Made by a program: the position numbers and the translations under genes. From a virus, in IMG/VR virus record IMGVR_UViG_3300021963_000029, positions 1 through 64,000 of that record: a DNA stretch of 64,000 nt; one strand, 5' to 3'. The notes beneath the pieces are model-generated. The model was given only the letters and a program-made list of their open reading frames with translations, had not been told where the DNA came from and made no database searches. Below, piece by piece: positions 36,906 to 46,900 of the stretch (position 1 is the first letter of the stretch; every line of letters starts with the position of its first letter).

Positions 36906-37756
36906 ATATCCACATCATTTCCTTGACTTGTACTGTATGTCTTAAAGTCTACAAATTCCTCTATCATATCATTAAATCCAAAGTCATCTCCAAGTTCAAT
37001 TAAACCATCATCTACAGTATCAATTACATTGTCTCCATTATAATCTTCAAGTGCCTTTGGAGTTACTGTGTATCTAACTTCTCTCTTAGCATTTAGAAGT
37101 GCATTGGTAGCATAATCAACTTGCACCTTCTTGATGAGACCTTGATCATCAGATGGGATTTCATTGAATAGATAAGTTTTTGCAGTAAAGTTTAAGGTAT
37201 AAGTTATCAGTCTTCTAGTTGAATAGTCTCCTTCATAATCATCTCTAAACCCAATTCTATTAAGAACTATAGGAATATCTCTCTTCTCTCCAATGGTAGG
37301 AATCATATTCACTGTCACATTGAATGATGGTTGGAAGTATGGTAGAATTTGTTCTACAATCTGCAACACATCATCTTGAACTTTTGCTAGAATGTTTAGT
37401 TCAAACCCAAGATTGTATGGGACTGGCATGTACACTCTTTTGTATGAACTGCCATCAGATGCTTCTGCAGTCTTAAAGGTTTGGATTGCAGATGCTTTTC
37501 TAGTAGGGTCATAATCAATAGATACCATTTCAAAAGACATTCTAGGTAAAGTAATTGCAATCTTTCTGTCTCCAGAAGGATTTTGCTCTAACCTAGCAAG
37601 GAACTTTTGAGTTGGTCCATAAGCAAGAGGAACCTTTAATACTGACAATGGATTGTCATTGTCATCAAATCTTCTGATTTGAATGTTATTAAATAAAGTG
37701 CCAAATGCAATTACAGTTTTGCTTATGGACTTGTGATAAAAATAATTACCAAGCAT
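36902..37756 (-). CDS. gp15: Tail sheath stabilizer / completion protein
   Basis: VPLAYGP, LPRMSFE, EQILPYFQP. Confidence 0.95.
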   Translation of the reverse strand: MLGNYFYHKSISKTVIAFGTLFNNIQIRRFDDNDNPLSVLKVPLAYGPTQKFLARLEQNPSGDRKIAITLPRMSFEMVSIDYDPTRKASAIQTFKTAEASDGSSYKRVYMPVPYNLGFELNILAKVQDDVLQIVEQILPYFQPSFNVTVNMIPTIGEKRDIPIVLNRIGFRDDYEGDYSTRRLITYTLNFTAKTYLFNEIPSDDQGLIKKVQVDYATNALLNAKREVRYTVTPKALEDYNGDNVIDTVDDGLIELGDDFGFNDMIEEFVDFKTYSTSQGNDVDI

Positions 37757-37772
37757 TTTATAAAACCTTTAT

Positions 37773-38003
37773 TTAATATTTAACTCTTCTGGGATATAGT
37801 AATCCAAGTTGAGGTCTCTTTGCTCTCAAATAGTCTGCAGTTTGTTGATTAGAACTTAAATCTAAATTTCCAAGACTAACAGTTCCATTGCTAACTTCTA
37901 GTGTAAAACTAGCAGTAGATTGTGGCAATAATGCCAAAGTGGAACCAAGAGAAACCAAAGTTGTTGTAGTTATTCCTAACTGTATTGAAGTGTAGTCTGC
38001 CAT
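37773..38003 (-). CDS. Hypothetical protein
   Basis: 76-aa ORF coupled to the 484-aa ORF. Confidence 0.65.
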   Translation of the reverse strand: MADYTSIQLGITTTTLVSLGSTLALLPQSTASFTLEVSNGTVSLGNLDLSSNQQTADYLRAKRPQLGLLYPRRVKY

Positions 38004-39457
38004 TAGGTTGTTCTAGCACAGAACAGAATTCCACGAGTTCTTTCATCTTGTCTGTAAGAACCAGTAATAACTGTATAAACTTCAGCACCACTGATAGTAA
38101 CAGTGTCTCCTTGTTGAATATTTGCAGAAGGTGCAGAATATTCAAACTGGATTAATACAAAATCATCAGGAATATAATATGGAACTGGAATTAGATTCAT
38201 ATTAATTGGAATTCCTTTGATGACTGCATTATAAGATCCACCTCTTGCAGCATCTCTGTAATAAATTGAAGGATTGTCTTGTACTGAACCACTTGTAGAA
38301 TCTGAAGTTGGTGAAAAATATCTTGTTTTTTTATAAACTTCACTGTAATAACCACTTTCAAGTTGAAGATATCCATATTCAGCAGTTCTAGATGTTCCTT
38401 GAAATGAACCAAGTTGTTGCAATCCAGAACATTCTGTAATAAAGTCTAAGTATGCTTGGCCACTAGCATCTGAAGGACTAGGAACTATTTTAGTTGCTCC
38501 ACCCAAGAATACAGAATCATAATCCCATAAAGTTGAAGTAAAGTTATGGACAAAAAATGTAAGAAATGTATTGTCTCTTAATTTTGTAGAAGATAGTGTT
38601 GGTTGAGTATAGGAAAATACTGCAAAATTAGGATCTATTCCAGATCTATAAATTTTCAAACTTAGTCCATAAGAATTTGAGGAAGCAATAGTTTCATTTG
38701 CAAATTGATAAACCTGATTTCCTGCCATTCTATCATTATTAATATCAAACCAATATGCATTAGTACTAGTATTCCAAGTAATGTCTGTTATTGGATTTGT
38801 CCCATTACCATTACTATTTCCTGCAAATCTATTTCCATAACCAACACCAGCAGCAATAGTTTGCTGATTTGTATTTGCAACATCAAATGGTTGGAATCCA
38901 CTTCCTGCAAATATTGACAATAGATTATCTGAATTTACTTGGAAGGCTCTGTAAGTATCTCCATATCTTTTGTTTGCTTGGATTTGATGCCTAACAACAC
39001 CCCAAGGATAAGATGCCCCAGAGGTTACATTTTTATCATAATAAGTTGTAGTGCTTCCAAAACTAGTAGATGTTGTTCCAACAGAAACTACAAGATTTGT
39101 AGCACCATTTGCAACTCCTCCAATAGCAGATGCTGGTAAAGTTGCTACTTCACCATCAGTATATCCATATCCAGGACGATTGACCCAAATTCCATAGATA
39201 GTTCCCCCAGCTCTGTATACATTAAAAGATGCTCCTGATCCAATTCCACTTGTTGAAGTTGGAGAAACATCTTCATAATAGATTCCACCTAAATTGCTTA
39301 TTGTTCCACCACCAGATTGCACAGTAACTGAGGTTACTAAACCTGATCTAGCAGAACCATGCCAACCCAACCAAGAAAAAGCCTCTTCCAATTGGATAAT
39401 TACATCAGTTCTAGCCCATCCTACTGATTTTGAAATTGTAGTTGTCGTAATTGCCAT
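38003..39457 (-). CDS. S/T/G-rich putative fibre-associated structural protein
   Basis: 484 aa, GxGA.F.V...G...I..PG.GY fibre-type motif. Confidence 0.65.
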   Translation of the reverse strand: MAITTTTISKSVGWARTDVIIQLEEAFSWLGWHGSARSGLVTSVTVQSGGGTISNLGGIYYEDVSPTSTSGIGSGASFNVYRAGGTIYGIWVNRPGYGYTDGEVATLPASAIGGVANGATNLVVSVGTTSTSFGSTTTYYDKNVTSGASYPWGVVRHQIQANKRYGDTYRAFQVNSDNLLSIFAGSGFQPFDVANTNQQTIAAGVGYGNRFAGNSNGNGTNPITDITWNTSTNAYWFDINNDRMAGNQVYQFANETIASSNSYGLSLKIYRSGIDPNFAVFSYTQPTLSSTKLRDNTFLTFFVHNFTSTLWDYDSVFLGGATKIVPSPSDASGQAYLDFITECSGLQQLGSFQGTSRTAEYGYLQLESGYYSEVYKKTRYFSPTSDSTSGSVQDNPSIYYRDAARGGSYNAVIKGIPINMNLIPVPYYIPDDFVLIQFEYSAPSANIQQGDTVTISGAEVYTVITGSYRQDERTRGILFCARTT

Positions 39458-39464
39458 TTGGAAA

Positions 39465-41282
39465 TTAAGCCTCCAGTTTTAAGATTGTTAATTCTGCTGT
39501 GATTGTTGTTGTAACCCCAGAGAGGTTTTGAACTGAAATATACATGGTGCTATTCACAGGATCATTTAAATTTCCACCAAGAACAAAAGGAGAAATGATT
39601 TGTGTTGTTGAAACTCCAGTGGTAACCAGTTCAGCAATAATTCCACTACCAGCAGTTGGATCTTCTCCTATACTTCTATTTAAATCATTAGATCTGGATG
39701 TACTATCAGTATATAGTCTAAACCAACCTGCTGTAGACAAACCAACCTTCATTAAGGCATATGATTTAAACCCAGTAATGTTTGCTGTTCCAATTCCATT
39801 GTTTACAATAGAAGTGGTTGCTCCAGATACTACTGATCTTGTTTTTAAAGTATTGTCTCCAACAAATGAAGAACCAGTAACAACTCCAACAAAAGAAGCA
39901 CCAGCAGAACCTTTAATTTCACCATTTACAGTGAGAGTACTTTCTGCATTAGTTGTTGCTATACCTACATTAGATAGTGTATGGATGCCTGTTGAATTAG
40001 TTCTCCAAACTGGTTGAAGAAGTAATTGATTATTTTTATAAAGATTTCCACTAAAGTTAATATTACCATTAACATCTAAAGTGGTAATTGGATCATTTGT
40101 ATTGATACCAACTAAAACTGTAGTGTGAATTCCTGCAGAGGCACCAACAGTTGCACTCCAATAAGATGCACCTTGTGGACCTCTTTCTCCTGTAGGTCCT
40201 TGAGGTCCTCCTGCTGGTCCTGCTGGTCCTTGATCTCCAGTAATTCCTTGGAAACCTTGAGATCCTTGAGGACCTCTAAACCCTTGAAATCCTTGTGGAC
40301 CTTGAATGCCCTGAGGTCCAACTGGACCTTGTGGACCTTGTGGTCCTATTCCTTGTGGTCCTTGTGGTCCTTGGAATCCCACAGATCCAGTAAATCCTTG
40401 GGACCCTTGAGGTCCTTGAGATCCTTGAGAACCTTGAGAACCTTGAGGTCCTTGAACCCCTTGAGGTCCTCTAAATCCCTGAGAACCTTGAACTCCTTGT
40501 GCTCCTTGGAATCCTATTGTACCTTGAGGACCTCTAATGCCCTGAAATCCTTGAGGTCCATATGTTCCTTGGGGTCCAATAGATCCTTGAAGTCCTTGAA
40601 CACCTTGTAATCCAGTTTCTCCTTGAGGTCCTCTAAATCCTTGAAATCCTTGAGGACCTATATACCCAACTTCTCTTATATTAATTGTCCCTTGCATTGG
40701 GGAATGGTTTTGGCAAATATAATATAGAGTTTCTGGAGCATCATTTGGAACTGTGAAAATTAAAGTTCCAGTTTGAACACCATTATTTTCTACCCCAGTA
40801 TTGTAAGATGTTGTTGTAATGCCAGTTTCTGCTACTGTTTTAATCCAAAATGGATGACCTGAAGCATTAACATTAAAAAAGTAAGTGAATCCTCTAGCTA
40901 AAGTTAATGTTGGATTAGTAGAAATTCCTAAAATTGATGGGTTAAAAATATATCCACTTGATCCGCTGTTTGTAATAGAAAAGGATATTCCGCCTGCAAC
41001 TCCTTGAGGACCCTGTGGTCCACTAGAACCTTGAGCTCCAACATTACCAAGACCTCCTTGAGCACCTTGAGGTCCAATATTACCTTGTAGTCCTTGTGCA
41101 CCTTGGGGTCCTTGAGGTCCTATTGCACCAGCAGTTCCTTGAAATCCTGTTAAATTTACTCCATCGCCAAAGGTTGTATAAATTTCAGTAAAATTAGAAT
41201 TTATCTTGGAAGCACCTGCTGCAAGAGTATCCCCAGTGCCATCATTTGGTGTAGTTCCTGTAGATATAATTTGCTTTGACAT
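39465..41282 (-). CDS. Collagen-like tail fibre protein with cupredoxin-like insert
   Basis: gp9/gp10-like N-terminus GTTPNDGTGD..INSNFTEIY; two Gly-X-Y tracts; GHPF...YICQNHSPM. Confidence 0.8.
   Translation of the reverse strand: MSKQIISTGTTPNDGTGDTLAAGASKINSNFTEIYTTFGDGVNLTGFQGTAGAIGPQGPQGAQGLQGNIGPQGAQGGLGNVGAQGSSGPQGPQGVAGGISFSITNSGSSGYIFNPSILGISTNPTLTLARGFTYFFNVNASGHPFWIKTVAETGITTTSYNTGVENNGVQTGTLIFTVPNDAPETLYYICQNHSPMQGTINIREVGYIGPQGFQGFRGPQGETGLQGVQGLQGSIGPQGTYGPQGFQGIRGPQGTIGFQGAQGVQGSQGFRGPQGVQGPQGSQGSQGSQGPQGSQGFTGSVGFQGPQGPQGIGPQGPQGPVGPQGIQGPQGFQGFRGPQGSQGFQGITGDQGPAGPAGGPQGPTGERGPQGASYWSATVGASAGIHTTVLVGINTNDPITTLDVNGNINFSGNLYKNNQLLLQPVWRTNSTGIHTLSNVGIATTNAESTLTVNGEIKGSAGASFVGVVTGSSFVGDNTLKTRSVVSGATTSIVNNGIGTANITGFKSYALMKVGLSTAGWFRLYTDSTSRSNDLNRSIGEDPTAGSGIIAELVTTGVSTTQIISPFVLGGNLNDPVNSTMYISVQNLSGVTTTITAELTILKLEA
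40168..40667 (-). repeat. Collagen Gly-X-Y tandem repeat tract
   Basis: Imperfect 9-bp-period repeats (ccttgaggt/ccttgtgga) encoding GPQ/GFQ/GSQ; boundaries approximate. Confidence 0.95.
40989..41147 (-). repeat. Second collagen Gly-X-Y tract
   Basis: GPQGPQGAQGLQG...; boundaries approximate. Confidence 0.9.
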
Positions 41283-41308
41283 TATAAGTCGCAGTTTATT
41301 TTATTTAG

Positions 41309-42688
41309 TTAAACTTCCCCAAAGGGATTTATTTCAGTAAAATCTATAATTTCATCTGCTTCTTCTTCTATCTCATCATTATTATCATAAGAGGGTTCTT
41401 GTAACTCATATACTTTATATCCCCCTATAATATAGATAGCACTAGATGCTGCTCCAACTACTACATCTCCAGGAACAAAATCAGTTCCCATTCCAGAAAC
41501 TTTTAATTGCTTTGTAGAAGAACTCCAGTTTTTAACTATCCCTATTGCTCCAGATAAAGATCCAGAAACTCTTTCTCCTACAATATAATTTCCAGATGCT
41601 ACTGTTGATCCTGCTGAAATTGTAATTGTTGGAGCAACACTATATCCAGCACCAGCATTTATAATTCTTATTGTTGATATCCCACCACTTGCATTTAAGA
41701 ATGCTCTTGCTGTTGCAGTTGTACCTCCTGAAACTGGAGATGAAAAAGTTACTGTTGGTTCTGATGTATATCCAGTTCCAACATAAGTTAAGGTAACTAT
41801 GCCTATGCTACTTAAACTTGTAACTATGCCAACATCAACAGATGCTCCATATCCGTTGCCACCAAAAAAAGAAACAGAAGGAACTGTAGTATACCCAAAT
41901 CCAGGATTATCTATGTAGACTTTATCTAAACTTTTAGTAGCAGTTAATCCTCTTGCCTGAGTCATGACACCAGCCAACTGTCCTCTTTGTCCCGATGTTG
42001 GCGCATCCACTACTATTGATGGAGTTGAATTAAATCTATATCCTCCAGAGATGACATTAGCATATTGAATACCACCTTGAACTAATCCAGTATATGCTGT
42101 TGCAGTTATACCTAACCCAGATAAAGTAAGAACTGCTCCATAACCAATATCTTTTAATGCATAATCAACTTCAGGAACTCCAGTAGTTATTTCTTCATCC
42201 TCATATTCAAATAGTTCACATCTTAAATCATAAACATAATTTTTTTGAAGTTGGAAAAATGGTTTTCTATTTTCTACATACTTAATTTCCATTAAACTAT
42301 CAGATAATGGAATATAAATTAAATCCCCCTCTAAAGGTCTTGTATAATTTTCAAATCCATCGCTACTATTTTGAAGTAAAGACGCAATATAAGTATCAAA
42401 TCTTTCTTTTGATACTATTAAATTCATCTCATCAGTTATTCTTACTCCAAATTTTGACATTAATATAGAATTATTATCAAACCCTTCATAATTAACTAGA
42501 TAAGCTTCAATTGGAAATGCGTTATTAAATTTTGAATATAAGGCATCTTTAATTACAACACCTTTAGATACTATTTTTCTTGGTAAATAATATACTTCAA
42601 TTCCATACATCTTCAACTGCTCATTAATAAGATCTTGGATAAGACCTTGTTCTCCTGAAGTTCCTTGGATGAAAAATGGGTTTAACAT
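41309..42688 (-). CDS. gp14: Neck protein with C-terminal extension
   Basis: YGIEVYYLPR, EGDLIYIPL, FEYEDE, NPFGEV. Confidence 0.9.
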   Translation of the reverse strand: MLNPFFIQGTSGEQGLIQDLINEQLKMYGIEVYYLPRKIVSKGVVIKDALYSKFNNAFPIEAYLVNYEGFDNNSILMSKFGVRITDEMNLIVSKERFDTYIASLLQNSSDGFENYTRPLEGDLIYIPLSDSLMEIKYVENRKPFFQLQKNYVYDLRCELFEYEDEEITTGVPEVDYALKDIGYGAVLTLSGLGITATAYTGLVQGGIQYANVISGGYRFNSTPSIVVDAPTSGQRGQLAGVMTQARGLTATKSLDKVYIDNPGFGYTTVPSVSFFGGNGYGASVDVGIVTSLSSIGIVTLTYVGTGYTSEPTVTFSSPVSGGTTATARAFLNASGGISTIRIINAGAGYSVAPTITISAGSTVASGNYIVGERVSGSLSGAIGIVKNWSSSTKQLKVSGMGTDFVPGDVVVGAASSAIYIIGGYKVYELQEPSYDNNDEIEEEADEIIDFTEINPFGEV

Positions 42689-42689
42689 A

Positions 42690-43520
42690 TTATCCTATCA
42701 GATCCATTGGTGGAAGTTCATAAGTAATCATCATTTGATCTTCTATTGCCTGTAGTTCTTTAACTGCATCATCATATATCTGTCTTCCATTAAGTTCTAT
42801 ACCACCAGGAAGTTTGACTCCTTGGAACTTAATTAAATTTTGTCCCCATTGTTTTTTAATTAATGAAGTTAAGTACTTCTTTAAAAATGAATCATTATAA
42901 ACTTTAGTAAACTCAGTTGGGTTTAAAATTCTGTAGCACTCAATTAAAAGATAATCATCTTCTTTTAATGTGTCCCAATTAGTATCAATGTAAAGTCTAT
43001 TTTGTCTCTTGTTAAACCTTATTTGCCTTTCTGGTCTAATGATCCAATCAATATCTTCAAGATATCTTTTAGTAACAAAATAGTTCAACATTTCAGTTGA
43101 ACTAAACCAGTAAATGTCATTTAAAAATAGTTGATAGTTTACATTGAACAGACCAGAAGATATTGTTCTATTATCTACTTTAAATATTCTTTCAACCCCA
43201 ATAACTGGATCTGGAACTTGAATATAATTGCTATTTTCTTCCCACTCAAAAGTTCCAATGTTAGAACTTGCTGTAGATATTTCTACATCTAAATCATTTC
43301 CAGGTGCTTTTGATTTTCCTCTTTCTATATCGTCTTTAGTAACTTTATATTTCATGAACATTTTTTCAACACCATCAAAATGCCTTTCATTGAACAATTG
43401 AAGGGCATCATCAACCAAGTCATCAAGTTGCTCTTCTGCAATGTTGATTTCCAATACAGGAGCACCAAGTTTTCTTAAACAATAATCAATTAATTCTTGT
43501 CTTGATGCTGGTTTTGCCAT
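42690..43520 (-). CDS. gp13: Neck protein
   Basis: LRKLGAPVLEIN, WGQNLIKF.GVKLPGG. Confidence 0.95.
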   Translation of the reverse strand: MAKPASRQELIDYCLRKLGAPVLEINIAEEQLDDLVDDALQLFNERHFDGVEKMFMKYKVTKDDIERGKSKAPGNDLDVEISTASSNIGTFEWEENSNYIQVPDPVIGVERIFKVDNRTISSGLFNVNYQLFLNDIYWFSSTEMLNYFVTKRYLEDIDWIIRPERQIRFNKRQNRLYIDTNWDTLKEDDYLLIECYRILNPTEFTKVYNDSFLKKYLTSLIKKQWGQNLIKFQGVKLPGGIELNGRQIYDDAVKELQAIEDQMMITYELPPMDLIG

Positions 43521-43537
43521 TATTCTAGATTTTCTAA

Positions 43538-43723
43538 TTATTTAGAACCAAAAGGTTCTACTAAAGAAATAAGTGTTTCTTGCTGTTTAAAATAAAGTTT
43601 AACATAGCATTTGCAAATATCTTTCAAATGATCCATATCAGTGCAACTATCAATTTCTCTTGAAAGTTTTTCAAACTCAAACATTTTTGCTACACTTTCA
43701 AGTTCTAACTTTTCATGATTCAT
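43538..43723 (-). CDS. 61-aa helical protein, NblA-like candidate
   Basis: Manual residue-pattern match to cyanobacterial NblA. Confidence 0.55.
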   Translation of the reverse strand: MNHEKLELESVAKMFEFEKLSREIDSCTDMDHLKDICKCYVKLYFKQQETLISLVEPFGSK

Positions 43724-43943
43724 AAAGTTTCCTCAATAAATGCTTTATTTCATTGATAGAAGATTTTAAGTCTTCTATATCAGACTCTATATTAGAGATC
43801 TTTTTTTGTTCTTCTTTTTTTCGTTCTCTTATTTTAATATACTGTTCAGATGCTTTAAAATCTGTATTGATAATTGCATTAGTGGAAAGATCTCTCAATA
43901 AATGAGGATATCCTTCCACCTTAGCATATTTTGGAGTTTCCAT
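43713..43943 (-). CDS. Conserved hypothetical protein with C-terminal coiled coil
   Basis: KVEGYPHLLRD..TNAIINTD. Confidence 0.75.
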   Translation of the reverse strand: METPKYAKVEGYPHLLRDLSTNAIINTDFKASEQYIKIRERKKEEQKKISNIESDIEDLKSSINEIKHLLRKLYES

Positions 43944-46900
43944 TATGCTAATGCAATTGCTCTGAGTTGTTTGATGACTGGAGGAATTGCTTGATTAGTG
44001 GTTGTGGCAACTATCTTAATTGCAAATCCAGTGAATGTTGGTAGATCATCAACTGTAAAGGTATATTCTCTAAATTGATCTTCTAAACTACTTGGGACAT
44101 TTACATCAGATCTTCCATCATTATCATCAGAATCAATAACATTACCATTTACATCTAAATTATTGTATCCTGGGAAAAGTTCCCAAACTTGATCTTCATC
44201 TGGAACATCAGTTCTGTAAATCTTATAAAGCATTCTGATATCAGAAGCAGCCTCTCTAAAGCAAGAAATATATGCTTTAATAGATGTTGCACTTTGTGCT
44301 AGATTAATTTTTTTACTAATATATGCAAATGCATGAGGATCATCTATGTTAGAATTTACTCTAGAATCTGCTGCATAAGAAGTTATTCCCACAGGTTGAT
44401 TAATTCTATATCCTTCTACATCAACATAAAGTTGATCTAGATCAATAATTGGAGAAACTTTGGAATCATCAGTGTCTAAAATTAACTCTAGAGTTAAAGA
44501 TTTTTGTCCTTCAAATAAAGTTGAGTTTAAGAATTGAGTTTCATTAGTTTTAGAAAGAACTGATCTAATTGTTTTAAATGTATTTTTCTTAACTGGATCA
44601 ATAGAAGTAAATCCTTGATCAACAAAAGCAGATTCAGTTCCATCTACACTTTGCTCAGATACAGTTCTGACAGTTGCAGACACTGATGTTTTATTTGGAA
44701 TAGTGATTAAATTTTCTCCAAAAGTTAGTGCACTGTAATTAATATTTCTTCCAGCATACACATTAGACCCACCACCAAATTTAGCAGAACCAAAAGTGCT
44801 TCCTGCTGATACTTGAATATGATAATCTCCAACTGTTGGTTTTGGATTTGTTTCAATGGTATGAGTAGTATTAATCTTAGTTAATGGGACATTATTAAAT
44901 TCATACTTATAAATTAGTGAATTAATTGGATGTGGAAGAGATGCTGTGCCATCTTGAGATCTAGTTATATTTGCAAGTGAGTTTGCAGTAACTGTAGTAT
45001 ACTTAATGATTTCTCCATTCATCCAAGCATATCCTGGATTTCCTGCTCCAACCACAGAACCATCATAAGTTCCAAATCCAGTTGAGCTGGCAATACTAAT
45101 TGATCCAGTATCAGTTGCCCCATATGCAACTGTAATTTTTGTAGGAATCGAATCTGGTTGAACTCCTACTATTTGTACTTTTTCTCCAGGAGAATACATT
45201 CCATGATCTTGATGGTCAATACGAAGATATCTTCCATTATTATATAAAGATGCACTTGTAGATAAAGAATAAATTGGATTTTCTGCTAGTTTATTTTCAG
45301 GTCTAATTATATTTTGTGGTGAGTTATACAACTTAACAGTACCACCATCAGTTATAAAATTAGCCCTTCTTATGGTAAACTTAAGGTCATCTTCTTGGCT
45401 TGGAGTCCAAGTACTTCCATTCTGTGCTTTAAACATGACCCCCATGGAGGGTTGTTTATTGATGATTACTTTTCCAATTTCTTTATTTTGGGCAGTTGAT
45501 ATTTCAACTTCTCCCATTCTAGAATGCCAAACCAAATAACTTGGAGAGTCTGAAACTAAAACTAATGCATATTCTTTACCCCCCTCCAATCTCACTAGTT
45601 TATCAAATGTAAATGTGGTTGCTACTGATGCATTTGAACTTGTTTTGACTTGTGATGGTAGTAAAACTTTTTGCAGTCCTGGAACTACTTTATCTGGACC
45701 ACCTGGATACCCATTAACAACTTCTCGAATTTGCAGTTCCACAGGTATTGATGCATCTTTATCTGCAAAGAAAATGTCAACTGAGGTTGGAACCATACCA
45801 ACTTCATCATTAACTAAGAAAGTTTGTGCAAGAGGATCATAGTATACAATGTAGTATGGTTGAATAATAGTTCCCTTGGATGTGAAAATATTATTTGCCT
45901 GACTAGTTACTTCGCCAGGAACCCCTACAGGATCTTTTTGAGTTGTAATCTTAGCAGTTGTAGTTCCAGTTCTAAATTGATTTTTACCAGTCCAAAGAGA
46001 CCCAACTACTGTTCCATTTTCATCTGAAATTAATCTATTATCAGAAATCTTTGCACTTGCTTTACTAGTTTGTCCATATACCCTATACCCAGTATTAACA
46101 TTACCCCAGAAATCTCCTAAATTTTGAGCAGTTAATGCCTCAGTGTCAACATTCAGTATGGTAGATTGTGGACCATATAAGGATGAAATACCAACAGTTG
46201 GAATGTATGGATTGATGTTATATTTAAATTCTGGATTAGTAATAGGTCCAGACTTATGATTAGGAACACAAATTCTAAATTGAGATGCAAGTGTTCCAGC
46301 AGAATCATAAGCAAGAACAGTTTCTCCTGGTTGGAATGTTCCAGTAACTTCAGTAATTTCTAATAATTTAGGGAATACAAATGACCCTGGTGACACTGCA
46401 TCAGATCCACTCACAACTTTAGCATCAAATAGATATTTAAATCTTGTATTTGGTTTTAGTCTAGTTGCTACGAATGAAATATTTCTTGGTCTAATGTAAG
46501 CTTCATACCCAGCAACATATTCTCCCCAAACAGTTCTATTCCCACCACCTCTAACACTTCCAGCATATACTGGAGGTCTTCTTACTGTCCAAGTATCTAT
46601 TTTTGGACTTAATTCTAAGTTTCCATCCCAGGTTACAATGTCAAAAGGATTGACACTTACAACTCTACTTGCAAAAGCTTGTTTAATATACTCTACTTCA
46701 GTGTATCTAAGACTAATAGTTTTTCCAACCCTAGAAACATTTACTGATGAAGTGTCACTTATATTGATTTGTGAAGGAGAAACTGATGAATCTGCACTAT
46801 ATAAACTCAAATCAACTCTAGCATTGTATACTACAGGAGATAAAGTCTCATTTTCTATGGTAGATGAAACTGCACTTTGTGCATCAACTGAGGATGTATC

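Noticed and set aside
40125-40610. Plus-strand (S/T)LR repeat ORF
   Set aside because: Reverse-complement artefact of the collagen repeat
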